A DNA stretch of 64,000 bases from the sequence record OR539221.1; one strand, given 5' to 3'. Source of the DNA: Escherichia phage vB-Eco-KMB42. A program made the position numbers and the translations under genes. This document shows, one piece after another, positions 22,443-31,417 of this stretch; position 1 is the stretch's first letter; each line of letters starts with the position of its first letter. A model generated the notes under the pieces. The model did not search any database. It had not been told where the DNA came from and worked only from the letters and a program-made list of their open reading frames with translations.

Positions 22443-22733
22443 TTATTTACGGAATGAAATAAAAGCAGCAACTGAAGCAACAGAGGTTTCTTCAATATAA
22501 ACCTCAATTTTTACCGGAGCTTCTGACTCAAATTTACCTGTTACTACACCTTGGAAAATACTTTCAGTCTGTTCTGGCTTTGAAAAATTTTCAGAAGGAA
22601 AAATTCCAAACTTTTTATCGGTTCCGAAAATTTTAATAAATTCATCATAAACTGCTTCATTGAAAGCGTTATCAGCGGGAATAACGCCTTCAACGACGAG
22701 TTCTTGACCTAAAAAGCGCAAAGAAGATTTCAT
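22443..22733 (-). CDS. Hypothetical early protein
   Basis: 96-aa ORF with GAGG RBS directly downstream of a conserved early promoter. Confidence 0.6.
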   Translation of the reverse strand: MKSSLRFLGQELVVEGVIPADNAFNEAVYDEFIKIFGTDKKFGIFPSENFSKPEQTESIFQGVVTGKFESEAPVKIEVYIEETSVASVAAFISFRK

Positions 22734-22763
22734 TTTGTGTTCCTCATGTTATGTCAGTAAAAC

Positions 22764-22793
22764 TACTATAACACAATACGAGGGACTTGTAAA
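22764..22793 (-). promoter_or_regulatory. Early (sigma70-type) promoter, copy 1 of duplicated cassette
   Basis: Minus strand: GTTTAC - 18 nt - TGtTATAGT; near-identical to promoter at 38120-38149. Confidence 0.55.
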
Positions 22794-24851
22794 CTACATT
22801 TTGAACTTTTTAGACATTCCGTTGATGTTAACCAAAGAAGCTAAGATTTGAGAAACTTCGTTTTCCTCTTCTTTTGATTCTTCTACAAGGAATTGATTAA
22901 ATCCAGCCATTGGACGAACTTCACCAGTTTCCATCAGATGGTCGCCATCATATACTGATTCTTCTAATTGTTCAGAAGGAGAAACGATTGTACCTTCGAT
23001 TAGATACTTGTTATAAGCAGTTTCTTTCATCATGTACGTACTTACTTTATTAATCTTCAGTAAAATTCCACGCGGCAAAATAACTTCAGCTTCGGATGGA
23101 AATCCTGATAAATGACCTGGAACGATAACTTTAACTCGTTCAGCTCCTTTAATTACCATACCTACATTAGTTTCAGCGTCTTCATTCGCATATGTAGAAT
23201 GACTACCCATATGCATTAAATCTTCAGCATCAACTGAACCTTCTCCTTCACCAGAAAATACTGTTCCAGCGTCATCTAAAGCCATATAATTTTTACCATA
23301 TTCACCGAAGATATTTGGCTTGAGTGAAGTAGATACAAAGTTCTTGAAATAGAACATTTTATTTTCTATATTATGACGTAAAGTTTTAAAAGTAACTTCT
23401 TGGCCACGGTAAAGTGTAGTTCCCGGAGGAAGAACTGAACCTTTAGCAAATGCAGAATCCAACGTCTCAATGTGCTTAATAGCACGTTCCATATATTCTT
23501 CACGTGTAGAATCAGGTTTACCTAAAAGGAATGAGTTCATTTCAACATATGAATCTGCACAATAATCTTCAATTACATCAGATTCAGCCTGAGTTAATCC
23601 TTTTGGAGTTACTTCAGTGCTTGCATATTCATATGCCTGAGCAGCAGATTCATCAATTAATTTATAAATTCCATTCATTACAAATTGAATAATAGCTGTC
23701 TTTTCATCTGGTGTAGCTTTAGAACCTTTAACTAAATCATTGATAATTTTCTTAATAACATCAAAACTATTAGAAATATTAATATCAGCAAGATCACTTA
23801 AAATTTTATCAGTTTTATAATCAAAGAATTCTTTATTCTTTAAATATTCTTGAGAACCTTGATATGTTATATCGCTCTGCAGCTTGATAGATGGATCGCG
23901 TAAACGTGCATGGGCCAATGCAATATGATTTCGGAAGCTTTCGAGTTCATAATCACTAGATTTAAAACGAGAAGCACTTCTCATACCACCGATAGCTCCT
24001 TTGCTAAAGTTTGAACCAACCTGAATAACGCCAGAGTTCATTGGTCCTTCTGCTTTATATACCGGAACTTTAGATTCAAACTCTTGATATTTCTTAGCAG
24101 CGAAGCTATCACCCTGAAGTGAAGCATCAACAGTAGAATATTGAGCTTGCGCTGCTAATCGACGACTAATTTTAGTTTTCTGAATAACAGCTTGATCCGT
24201 GCGCTTATCATTTTCTAAAGCAATAGAAGCAGCAACAGCAACAGCTTTAGGAACAGCATTACCTGTTTTAACGTCTACATAAACATCACCAACCTTTGAT
24301 TCAACTTTTGTGAATAACTCGGTTGAAATAGGAGGTACACCTGGAATGTCTTCTAAATTGGCATTTTTACGGTAAACCATAATATATGCGTACTTTTTAT
24401 CATAATCCCAGATTTCCTTTAAAAGAACATATCGACCTGCTCCTTTAGTACGTACTAAACGGTCAGCAATAACTTGCATTTGACGAGCAGCGCCATTTGT
24501 TTTACTTTTTAGTACGCGGAATAAGCATGCATCAATTTTATACTGTTTCATTGTTTGAAGAGCAGTATCAAAAACAGCATTAATGACGCCAATTGGATTT
24601 CCACCCAAGTTTTTAAGCTTAACTAATGATAGTTTCTCATTAACACCTATCATTACGATATGCATCATTTTGTCGCCTGGCTTAACGTTTTTATTCGTAT
24701 CACCGCCAGAGGTGTATGTACAAAATCTAAATCCAGGAAGCACGCTTTCTTCACCGGCTTGAATAGCAAAAATTTGTGGTATTTTATGCTTAGGATTTAA
24801 GTTAACAACCGGCGCCGAAGCGCCGTCAAATAATTCTGTAATAAGTTCCAT
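22794..24851 (-). CDS. Alt-like ADP-ribosyltransferase paralog (685 aa)
   Basis: Starts MELITELFD like neighbour; shares N-terminal ~230 aa and C-terminal ART region (FYFKNFVSTSL; SEAEVILPRG; YDGDHLMETGE) with adjacent ORF. Confidence 0.8.
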   Translation of the reverse strand: MELITELFDGASAPVVNLNPKHKIPQIFAIQAGEESVLPGFRFCTYTSGGDTNKNVKPGDKMMHIVMIGVNEKLSLVKLKNLGGNPIGVINAVFDTALQTMKQYKIDACLFRVLKSKTNGAARQMQVIADRLVRTKGAGRYVLLKEIWDYDKKYAYIMVYRKNANLEDIPGVPPISTELFTKVESKVGDVYVDVKTGNAVPKAVAVAASIALENDKRTDQAVIQKTKISRRLAAQAQYSTVDASLQGDSFAAKKYQEFESKVPVYKAEGPMNSGVIQVGSNFSKGAIGGMRSASRFKSSDYELESFRNHIALAHARLRDPSIKLQSDITYQGSQEYLKNKEFFDYKTDKILSDLADINISNSFDVIKKIINDLVKGSKATPDEKTAIIQFVMNGIYKLIDESAAQAYEYASTEVTPKGLTQAESDVIEDYCADSYVEMNSFLLGKPDSTREEYMERAIKHIETLDSAFAKGSVLPPGTTLYRGQEVTFKTLRHNIENKMFYFKNFVSTSLKPNIFGEYGKNYMALDDAGTVFSGEGEGSVDAEDLMHMGSHSTYANEDAETNVGMVIKGAERVKVIVPGHLSGFPSEAEVILPRGILLKINKVSTYMMKETAYNKYLIEGTIVSPSEQLEESVYDGDHLMETGEVRPMAGFNQFLVEESKEEENEVSQILASLVNINGMSKKFKM

Positions 24852-24854
24852 GAT

Positions 24855-26948
24855 TTATCCTTGAACGAACTTGTAAGGCATGTTTGTAATATCTATGCAA
24901 GACGCAATAATTCCAAGAGATGATTCTACTTTCTGTTTAATATTTGATGAAACAAATGATGCAAAGTCAACTCTGTCTTCTATTTCAATATCACCTGTCA
25001 TTGCAACCAATTCACCAGTTTCCATTAAATGGTCTCCATCATAGATTACCGATTCGGTGAGCTCTTCCGTGGTCATAACTTCAGCTTGAATGAGTTTTGT
25101 ATTATTAGATGTTGTTCCGTCATTATTAGAAGCATCAGTTATTTTATTAACCTTGACCATCAATCCGCGTGGTAGAATAACTTCAGCTTCTGTTGCTATT
25201 CCGAGACTTCCTGGATATACAACATTAACTTTATGAGCTCCATCAATTGCCCATCCTATTTGAACTTTAACATATTCAGGATTTTCTTTATACGCTCTTA
25301 TTTCGTTTGGATTAATAGTTATTCCTTCTTCATTTTTATCAACTGTTAATTCGTTACGAGCTTCTGGTTCTAAAAGACCAATACCAGCATGTGTGATTCC
25401 AAAACGTCCAAAAATGATAGGAGTTAAAGAAGTAGATACAAAATTTCTGAAGTAGAACACTTTATTTTTAACTAACGCTTCATATATAGGAGCAGTCATA
25501 CTTTGAGCACGATAAACTGTAATGCCTTCTGGTATACGGTCACCATTTTCAAAAGCTGAATCTAAGTTATTTATAGCAGATTCAATTTCTTTTTCACTCA
25601 TTACATCGTATCGTTCTGGATTGTAACGACCTAAAAGAAGATTATTGATGTCAGTATATCCTGAACCGCAATATTCTCTAATGCCACGCTTTTGTGATGG
25701 AGTATATTTAGAACCATCGCGGGCAATAGTAATATCAATCATTGGACCAGCACCAATTCCAGAAAAACTGTAAATCATTCGTTTGAGGAATTTAGTTTTT
25801 GCTGCGTTCCAGGAATTTTTAGTTATTTCTTCCCAGACTTCATCTGGTTGTCCTTTACGATTTTTATTATGATTAGCAAGCCATTTATCTTTATAATCTT
25901 CAAAGAATTGATTTACAGCTGCTGCGTATTTCTCTAAACATTTTATTGAAGTAGTTGGTTCATTTTTAATTGCATTAAAAATTACTTCTTTAATTTTTTC
26001 TGAAACTTCACCGACTTGACTCATTGGAAAGAATTTATAATCATAGTGAAGTTCATCTGCCGTTCCTTCAGCAATAATTTTTGCTGCCTTTGTTTTAGAA
26101 GCTAATGAATTAATTCCAATTTTCATTTCTTCTGCTTCGGGAATTAAAGGTGCAGTAGCTGGTTTATTAAAATTAGCTGCTGTAGATTCATACTTCTGGA
26201 ATAATTCACTTTCAAATCTAGAAGATTCCAATGACTGACTTTGTGCAATTGCTCTACGGGAAATTTTAACTTTAACGATTACAGCTTGGTCAGAACGTTT
26301 ATCATTTTCTTGTGCAATTGATGCTGCAATTGCCTCATTTTTAGTTACTTGGGCTCCAGTATCTTTATTGATATAAACATCACCGACTTTCGATTCAACT
26401 TTAGTAAAGAGTTCAGTGCTAATTTCTGGAACTCCTGGAATGTCTTCTAGTGATACATTTTTACGATGTATAAGAATATATGCATACTTTTTATCGTAAT
26501 CCCAGAGTTCCTTAAGAAGGACGTATCTGCCACCTGAACGACTACGGATAAGTCTATCAGCAATAACTTGAATTTGTCTAGCTTGGCCAGCAGTTTTAGA
26601 CTTAAGAATACGAAGCATACAGGCATCAATTTTATATTGACGCATTGTTTGCATTGCAACAGTAAAAACTGAATTGATATAATTAATCGGGCTTGGACCA
26701 AGACCTTTTAATTTGGCAATTGAACCTTTAGCAGTTAATGTAAAAGGAACAATATGCATCATTTTATCGCCCATCTTTAAATCGCGATTAGTATCACCTC
26801 CAGATGTATAGGTACATAAACGAAAGCCTGGTTGTTCAATTGCATCATCAACATGAACTGAAAAAATTTGTGGTATTTTCTTCTTTGGATTTAAGTTTGT
26901 AATCGGAAGAGTAGTATCTTCGTCAAATAATTCTGTAATAAGTTCCAT
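24855..26948 (-). CDS. alt: ADP-ribosyltransferase Alt (697 aa)
   Basis: N-terminus MELITELFDEDTTLPITNL matches remembered T4 Alt; R-S-E ART hallmarks (FYFRNFVSTSL; ATEAEVILPRG); position between 54 and 30. Confidence 0.85.
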   Translation of the reverse strand: MELITELFDEDTTLPITNLNPKKKIPQIFSVHVDDAIEQPGFRLCTYTSGGDTNRDLKMGDKMMHIVPFTLTAKGSIAKLKGLGPSPINYINSVFTVAMQTMRQYKIDACMLRILKSKTAGQARQIQVIADRLIRSRSGGRYVLLKELWDYDKKYAYILIHRKNVSLEDIPGVPEISTELFTKVESKVGDVYINKDTGAQVTKNEAIAASIAQENDKRSDQAVIVKVKISRRAIAQSQSLESSRFESELFQKYESTAANFNKPATAPLIPEAEEMKIGINSLASKTKAAKIIAEGTADELHYDYKFFPMSQVGEVSEKIKEVIFNAIKNEPTTSIKCLEKYAAAVNQFFEDYKDKWLANHNKNRKGQPDEVWEEITKNSWNAAKTKFLKRMIYSFSGIGAGPMIDITIARDGSKYTPSQKRGIREYCGSGYTDINNLLLGRYNPERYDVMSEKEIESAINNLDSAFENGDRIPEGITVYRAQSMTAPIYEALVKNKVFYFRNFVSTSLTPIIFGRFGITHAGIGLLEPEARNELTVDKNEEGITINPNEIRAYKENPEYVKVQIGWAIDGAHKVNVVYPGSLGIATEAEVILPRGLMVKVNKITDASNNDGTTSNNTKLIQAEVMTTEELTESVIYDGDHLMETGELVAMTGDIEIEDRVDFASFVSSNIKQKVESSLGIIASCIDITNMPYKFVQG

Positions 26949-26972
26949 GTTATCCTCTCTAGTGTTTATTCT

Positions 26973-26980
26973 ATTTATAA
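26973..26980 (-). promoter_or_regulatory. Late promoter (TATAAATA on minus strand) for alt
   Basis: Reverse complement of TATTTATA ~25 nt upstream of alt ATG. Confidence 0.55.
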
Positions 26981-27002
26981 AATTAAAGGCCCGAAGGCCT
27001 TT
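26981..27002 (-). terminator. Stem-loop / terminator upstream of alt promoter
   Basis: AAAGGCC-UUCG-GGCCUUU hairpin on minus strand followed by U-rich tract. Confidence 0.45.
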
Positions 27003-27004
27003 AA

Positions 27005-27190
27005 TTAATAGAGAGCTAAAAGAGTACGATATACTTCAAACTTTGGACCTTTTTCATATGGATCAAATCTTTCCGTGAATTCATCATATGCTAGTTTATC
27101 TGGGAATTCAAGAATAACCTGCGATACCGCAGTGGAAACATCTCCACCTTCTTTTTGAGCCACGACAATTGTTTCTAAGTAAGCTTTCAT
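27005..27190 (-). CDS. Hypothetical small protein
   Basis: 61-aa ORF overlapping ligase gene stop by 4 nt. Confidence 0.5.
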   Translation of the reverse strand: MKAYLETIVVAQKEGGDVSTAVSQVILEFPDKLAYDEFTERFDPYEKGPKFEVYRTLLALY

Positions 27191-28650
27191 AAACCAGTTA
27201 CCTCATGAAAATCGCCAAATACATCTTCGAACGTATTAGCTTTAGTTTTATCTTCACGTAAACGAATTGCAATTGGAAGAAATAGCTTAACGTAATCAGT
27301 ACGTCCATCTAATTTTACCCAGCCGTTGCATTCGCACTCTAGAATTTTTCCAATATAATAATTTTGGTTTTCCATAATGCGAGTACGATCAAGTTCATGC
27401 GATTTTATACCGGCTTTATCTTTTAAGCCTGAACCAGCATTTACTTTAATTTTTCCACACTCTGATTCAAGAATGAAACCACCTGCTTTAGTAGGGTCTT
27501 TACGGTGAGGATAAATTCCTACAATTTTTAAATCAACATCAATTACTTCTTTAAATTTATAAAGATTTTTTGAACGAGCATTTTCCCATAATCCATCGAT
27601 ATTTTTAAGAATAATACCTTCAAGACCTTGGTCAATATACTTTTTATAAATTACCTTAGCTTCATCTAGGTTATTTACTATCTGGTTTTCAATTAAAATT
27701 ACTTTATCATAGCCTGATGTCATTTGTTCTAGTTTAGAAAAACGTACATCATATTTTAAACGAAATGCTGGAAGACCATATATTTCTACTAATGGAACAT
27801 AGTCCCAGACCTGAAACTTCATGCATTGTGCTTCTTTTTCAGAAATGGTTCCCTTTAAAGATTTATTAGCGATTCCATTAGAAGTAGTACGTGATTCAGC
27901 TACTTCGGCGAATTCTTTAGCTTTACTAATTTCAGGATAAGCATCAAAAAGAAAATCTAGGCCTTCTGGCTCCTTTTTAACCTGCTCATGGTATACCAAT
28001 TCGCCATCAATTAACACACCTTCTGGATGAATCTGGCGAGCTTCTGCAGTCATTTTGATTAACTCTTCCTTGAGAAGATCTAATCCTAGATATTCATTAC
28101 CAGCTCGTGATAAAAGACGAACATCATCTAATTCATCACCTCTGACTTCAGCAAAGCACCGAGCTCCATCAGCTTTTAACTGGGCAAAAGCTGGAAATTT
28201 AATATTCTTATTAATGCCTTTTTCATCATAAGAACTTGCCAGCATTTGAGGTTGTTCAGGAATTAAACCTGGCCAAACTTTATTTGCAATAGATACAGAA
28301 GCACCACATTCAAGGTCTCGCATCATTACTCGACGTAATACTTCAACATCATCTTTTTTACCATCGGTGATATATCCGATTAATTCCTCAATTGCCGCAT
28401 TTCCAGTCAATTTCCGAGTAGCTAACGTGAATTCAATGAAGTCAAGCATATCGGTAAGAGTCAACATTCCAAAACTCTGGGTAGTAATACCCGGTTTAGG
28501 CCATTTCTTGATATAATACTGTAACCCACGAGAATAAGTCAGACGATATACTCGTTTAAGCAATTCATTATCTTTATTCTTTTCAAGAATTGCTTGCTTC
28601 TGCTTAGTTGAACCAATAGATGCTATTTCGTTCAGAATTTTAAGAATCAT
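27187..28650 (-). CDS. 30: ATP-dependent DNA ligase gp30
   Basis: 487 aa as T4 DNA ligase; N-terminus MILKILNEIASIGSTKQKQAILEK; adenylation motif KADGAR. Confidence 0.95.
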   Translation of the reverse strand: MILKILNEIASIGSTKQKQAILEKNKDNELLKRVYRLTYSRGLQYYIKKWPKPGITTQSFGMLTLTDMLDFIEFTLATRKLTGNAAIEELIGYITDGKKDDVEVLRRVMMRDLECGASVSIANKVWPGLIPEQPQMLASSYDEKGINKNIKFPAFAQLKADGARCFAEVRGDELDDVRLLSRAGNEYLGLDLLKEELIKMTAEARQIHPEGVLIDGELVYHEQVKKEPEGLDFLFDAYPEISKAKEFAEVAESRTTSNGIANKSLKGTISEKEAQCMKFQVWDYVPLVEIYGLPAFRLKYDVRFSKLEQMTSGYDKVILIENQIVNNLDEAKVIYKKYIDQGLEGIILKNIDGLWENARSKNLYKFKEVIDVDLKIVGIYPHRKDPTKAGGFILESECGKIKVNAGSGLKDKAGIKSHELDRTRIMENQNYYIGKILECECNGWVKLDGRTDYVKLFLPIAIRLREDKTKANTFEDVFGDFHEVTGL

Positions 28651-28916
28651 TGTTCATCCTTTAGAGTTTGGTTTACAGCTCTATTATAAATCAATTCATC
28701 ATTAAGCTCAGTCAAAGACCTGTGGTACGTGGTTCTAACTTTATTTCCTTGCATCCAGTGCTTGACGTAAATGAAACCTTGCTCTACACATTTTTTAAAA
28801 ATTCGTTCGTCTTTTTGAGCTCGGAATTCTGGATTGCATCTAAAAAATTGATTTACGTGACCGTAATCACGTGTAGTATTACCTTCATTTTCATAAATAG
28901 TGTGAACGACAAACAT
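28647..28916 (-). CDS. Hypothetical protein (30.1-like position)
   Basis: 89-aa ORF start overlapping ligase; tight packing. Confidence 0.55.
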   Translation of the reverse strand: MFVVHTIYENEGNTTRDYGHVNQFFRCNPEFRAQKDERIFKKCVEQGFIYVKHWMQGNKVRTTYHRSLTELNDELIYNRAVNQTLKDEQ

Positions 28917-29009
28917 TAGAATGCTCCTTGGAAAATATTATCACCACTAGTAGGTCTATTATACAAATACTCTATGCCACCGGGTTTAATATAGTTCCAT
29001 GTCTGAAAC

Positions 29010-29119
29010 GGATGCGTCTGATATGGATGATATAGATTATAAGGATTAAATCCAGGAGTTCTCCGGATGCGTCTGATATGGATGATATAGATTATAAGGA
29101 TTAAATCCAGGAGTTCTCC
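29010..29119. repeat. Perfect 55-bp direct tandem duplication (2 copies: 29010-29064 and 29065-29119)
   Basis: Identical 55-mer ggatgcgtctgatatggatgatatagattataaggattaaatccaggagttctcc repeated head-to-tail. Confidence 0.95.
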
Positions 29120-29807
29120 AGGTAGTGTTCCAAGGAAAAGAATCATTTTTAATCATCTTTTCAATTACATCTTTTATAGCTTTTTCACTATCAAAACTTT
29201 CTTTATTTTCATTCGATGGAAAAAGCTTATTCTCTACATCATTCCATGTATAAACTCGCTGTGCAGTTTTTGGAATACTGTCACGCTCCCCTCGAGCCAT
29301 CCAATAAACAGGAACATTTAATATTTCACTCGCATGATCGCAGTGGTGAGCGAGATCGTCAATATAACAAATTACGTTATATTTCTCTTTTGCCTTTTTG
29401 AACAACTCTTCTTTTGAAGAATCATGACCACACATCAATACTTCTGAGAAGGCACCAGGAAAAAGAGCATTCAAATTAAATTGACGATTCAGCAGAGCGT
29501 CAATAGAATCACCCAGTGCTGTAACAGCTACAAAATTATAATCTTCTTTTAATTTGTTAATTACACACAGGGCATCTTTATATGGAGACAAATAGCGAAT
29601 AAAATCTGAACGATTATACTTTTCGATTAATTTAACACCAAGTTCTTCATCGCAATTAAAGAGCTTACCAGGAGAAATAAATTTTTCGTCCTGAATCATT
29701 TTTAAAATATGTTCCAACGGAAGATTATATTTTTGGGCAAAATAAGGAAGGCCCGATTGCCAGCTTAAACACACCCCGTCAATATCAGTCAAAATAGTAG
29801 GCTTCAT
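29046..29807 (-). CDS. HAD-superfamily hydrolase-like protein (30.2-like), C-terminus disrupted by the 55-bp duplication
   Basis: 253 aa; N-terminal LTDIDGV (HAD motif I-like) and later YIDD; ORF ends inside tandem repeat; downstream remnant ORF 28916-29146 repeats RTPGFNPYNLYHPYQTHP in a shifted frame. Confidence 0.65.
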   Translation of the reverse strand: MKPTILTDIDGVCLSWQSGLPYFAQKYNLPLEHILKMIQDEKFISPGKLFNCDEELGVKLIEKYNRSDFIRYLSPYKDALCVINKLKEDYNFVAVTALGDSIDALLNRQFNLNALFPGAFSEVLMCGHDSSKEELFKKAKEKYNVICYIDDLAHHCDHASEILNVPVYWMARGERDSIPKTAQRVYTWNDVENKLFPSNENKESFDSEKAIKDVIEKMIKNDSFPWNTTWRTPGFNPYNLYHPYQTHPENSWI

Positions 29808-30268
29808 AGAGAGTCTCTTAATAGGTTTAACACATCAATAAATTCAGCTTCGGTTAGTATTGTATCATCTTTTGTTAGACCACTAGCCATGCTATGCTTC
29901 AAAATTTTTCCTTTAGAGGCTTGTAAGGCATCACGAAACCCCTTGTTTTGAATCGCTGCTTCAAAATATGCATTTGTATACAACTCTTTCCATGCTACAG
30001 AGTATCTTGAAAAGGGAATTCCAAGCCAGAAAAGCGTCCCACGGTCCGCAGCTCTTGCATAAGCTCTTCCACTTTGCTGGGCGGCCAAGCCGGAGAGCCC
30101 AAATATACGTTTTTGTTGTTCAACATTTTTCACCTTGCATCCTTGGAGGAATCCTTCAAGACCTCCGAATTGAATACCATCCATGACGAAAGGCCATTGG
30201 GCGAAATTACTTAATGCACACGATGGCCATCTAAAATTGCTTCTAATCTCTAACTCAGACATTTTCAA
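29804..30268 (-). CDS. NADAR/YbiA-like (DUF1768-type) domain protein (30.3-like position)
   Basis: 154 aa; N-terminal pattern LSNFAQWPFVMDGIQFGGLEGFLQGCK resembles the SNF..P...DG....E..FQ..K signature of YbiA/NADAR proteins (from memory, not searched). Confidence 0.6.
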   Translation of the reverse strand: MKMSELEIRSNFRWPSCALSNFAQWPFVMDGIQFGGLEGFLQGCKVKNVEQQKRIFGLSGLAAQQSGRAYARAADRGTLFWLGIPFSRYSVAWKELYTNAYFEAAIQNKGFRDALQASKGKILKHSMASGLTKDDTILTEAEFIDVLNLLRDSL

Positions 30269-30461
30269 TACTTATAATTTCAACATCAGCCCAATGACCA
30301 TAGCAAGGAAGACGAAATTCAACTGGCCAGTTAGGGTCCTTTTCTAATATAATAGACTCAACTTGTGGTTCTTCATGTTCATCAGTATATGGATTTTTAT
30401 CTGTTACTTTATATGTGACCTTAATGTACTGAATTCCAAAAATCTTATTAATTATATTCAT
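30255..30461 (-). CDS. Hypothetical small protein
   Basis: 68-aa ORF in tightly packed co-directional cluster. Confidence 0.5.
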   Translation of the reverse strand: MNIINKIFGIQYIKVTYKVTDKNPYTDEHEEPQVESIILEKDPNWPVEFRLPCYGHWADVEIISIENV

Positions 30462-30655
30462 ACTAATTCCTTTAATCCGTAAATAGGAGACAATTCATCA
30501 CCCATACGAAGGTCTTCATTTCCATCTACCCAGGAAACAATATAAGCCTCTTTTATTTGAACACCACTCCATTTAAATGGAGGTAGAACCTTAGAAATTA
30601 ATCCAGGTATACCAACTCCCTTTAATTCAACAGTTTGACCTAAAAAGAATTTCAT
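30458..30655 (-). CDS. Hypothetical small protein
   Basis: 65-aa ORF, 4-nt overlaps with neighbours. Confidence 0.5.
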   Translation of the reverse strand: MKFFLGQTVELKGVGIPGLISKVLPPFKWSGVQIKEAYIVSWVDGNEDLRMGDELSPIYGLKELV

Positions 30656-30942
30656 TAGAACCTCATCTGAAAACCATGCGATTTAACATTACCGCCGCCA
30701 ATATCAGAAATATTAATTTCACGCGCAATTGAAGGGTCAATGTCAATTTCACGATTAAGTTTAGCGATAGCTAAAGTATCACGCCCATTTACTGTACGGA
30801 ATTCTAAAGGACAAACCACATCAACGTAATTTTTAATCGATTCACTGGTAGGCTGCAAATGAGCAGGAAGGTCTTTAGGTGCCTTTGAGAAAACCACTTC
30901 ACAAAAATTTTTGCGGGTGTCAAAATAAGTAGTCATAAACAT
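30655..30942 (-). CDS. Hypothetical protein
   Basis: 95-aa ORF; RBS GAGG upstream. Confidence 0.55.
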   Translation of the reverse strand: MFMTTYFDTRKNFCEVVFSKAPKDLPAHLQPTSESIKNYVDVVCPLEFRTVNGRDTLAIAKLNREIDIDPSIAREINISDIGGGNVKSHGFQMRF

Positions 30943-30983
30943 AATATTTTCCTCAGTAAGGGGCCGAAGCCCCTCATTTTATT

Positions 30984-31349
30984 TTAAATATCAAATTCGT
31001 TAAGAACTACATCAAAGATTGCTTCAAGATGCTCAGGTTTAGCTCTGTTACTCAGAATATGACGAATCCAAGTTTTAACCAAAAGCTTGCGATTATCACC
31101 ATTCCAGCAAGGATGAGTCCCTAAATCGCGTTGACGAAAATCATCATCTAAAGCGATTTTAAAATTTGAACCTTCCATTGTGATTGAAACCGTGATGCCA
31201 TTTTCAAATCGCATATAAACGTAGTTAGGAGTCATATACTGTTCAATTTCGCATACTGATCCATTTTGATGTTTCCAAAGGCAAATAGTATCAATAGAAC
31301 CTGCAATACCATTAGAAACATATTTACGTTCAAAGTTGATGTAGTTCAT
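30984..31349 (-). CDS. Hypothetical protein
   Basis: 121-aa ORF. Confidence 0.55.
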   Translation of the reverse strand: MNYINFERKYVSNGIAGSIDTICLWKHQNGSVCEIEQYMTPNYVYMRFENGITVSITMEGSNFKIALDDDFRQRDLGTHPCWNGDNRKLLVKTWIRHILSNRAKPEHLEAIFDVVLNEFDI

Positions 31350-31417
31350 TTTTGTTCTCCGAGATGTTTAATTGCGGTACAGGTATATAATATCATATCC
31401 TGTACCAAAGTAAACAA

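Noticed and set aside
29010-29119. Tandem repeat considered as a CRISPR or minisatellite array
   Set aside because: Only two directly abutting identical 55-bp copies with no spacers and no further copies; it lies inside a coding sequence, so it is a simple duplication
30966-30979. AGGGGC-CGAA-GCCCCU hairpin as a plus-strand terminator
   Set aside because: No plus-strand gene ends here; more likely a minus-strand intergenic stabiliser or processing hairpin between two early ORFs, so strand and role are left unassigned
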